NCBI GenBank assembly: GCA_964599775.1
Contig: CAZRGZ010000004.1
Location: 7,373 to 71,372 of the forward strand
DNA: 64,000 nucleotides
Direction of reading: 5' to 3'
Source of the DNA: an uncultured Candidatus Saccharibacteria bacterium
GTDB taxonomy: Bacteria > Patescibacteriota > Saccharimonadia > Saccharimonadales > Saccharimonadaceae
Position numbers and translations under genes: made by a program. The notes below the pieces were generated by a model. The model was not told the DNA's origin and ran no database searches. It saw nothing but the letters and a program-made list of their open reading frames with translations. How positions within the stretch are numbered: position 1 is the stretch's first letter; each line of letters opens with the position of its first letter. Below, in pieces: positions 63,820-64,000 of the stretch.

Positions 63820-64000
63820 TTACTTCCAGTCCTTGTTCGCTTTGGTGTCAGCGAACGTGTCGTCCTCGTTGTAGACGGCGGTGGCCTTGTTGCCCTGGTC
63901 ATCCTGTTGAGACAGGAAGTAGCCCTGACCCTTGACGTTCGGGTCATTGGCGGCGTCGACCGTGTAGGTCGTGTCGCCCTCCTGCCACCGACCATCTTCG
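63820..64000 (-). CDS. High-GC islet H: 3' end of a gene running off the window (absent from the ORF track)
   Basis: Hand translation of the minus strand gives ...EDGRWQEGDTTYTVDAANDPNVKGQGYFLSQQDDQGNKATAVYNEDDTFADTKANKDWK-TAA. That is 59 open codons, almost all G/C-ending. The two track ORFs here are in other frames and are Arg/Pro-rich. Confidence 0.55.
   Translation of the reverse strand, partial: EDGRWQEGDTTYTVDAANDPNVKGQGYFLSQQDDQGNKATAVYNEDDTFADTKANKDWK

Noticed and set aside
1-64000. CRISPR arrays, rRNA genes, IS elements/transposases, integrases, prophage modules.
   Set aside because: I found no regularly spaced short repeats, no rRNA-like sequence and no ORF with transposase, integrase or phage structural motifs while reading the track and the sequence.

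Overview
This is a chromosomal window, mid-40s %GC by eye, from a monoderm-type and apparently streamlined bacterium. It carries five type IV pilin genes, four large LPXTG-like surface proteins, and the peptidoglycan genes murA, murB, an L,D-transpeptidase and a DD-carboxypeptidase. It also carries the one-carbon genes glyA and folD, three NUDIX hydrolases, lipid-remodelling genes without lipid-synthesis genes, and six tRNAs that all encode CCA. Many genes are decayed. This content fits a Saccharibacteria/Patescibacteria-like episymbiont, but the taxon is inference only. I saw no rRNA, CRISPR array, transposase or integrase. Main hunt results follow. (1) At least nine short high-GC (about 60-70% by eye) single-ORF islets are scattered through the window, each ending in its own GC-rich hairpin and each preceded by AT-rich, resident-looking promoter/SD sequence; this suggests repeated capture of genes from a high-GC (Actinomycetota-like) donor. 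(2) One islet lies inside a 1.67-kb segment bounded by a perfect 46-bp direct repeat that starts in the 3' end of tRNA-Glu, an att-like signature with no integrase. (3) A compact locus couples a LuxI/FeeM-like acyltransferase to a ThiF/E1-like enzyme, next to a GAF histidine kinase and an orphan receiver. (4) An HTH-fused EgtD-like methyltransferase is divergent from a three-ORF operon of unknown proteins with a structured leader. (5) There is an XRE-HTH::MurA fusion, a sortase-like protein lacking the catalytic Cys, and a CPYNPxLPxxHPDC repeat in a surface protein. (6) Gene decay is conspicuous, with in-frame stops, frameshifts and gene fragments, particularly around tRNA genes that are flanked by partial copies of themselves. 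All calls come from reading the sequence and the ORF track; no searches were run.
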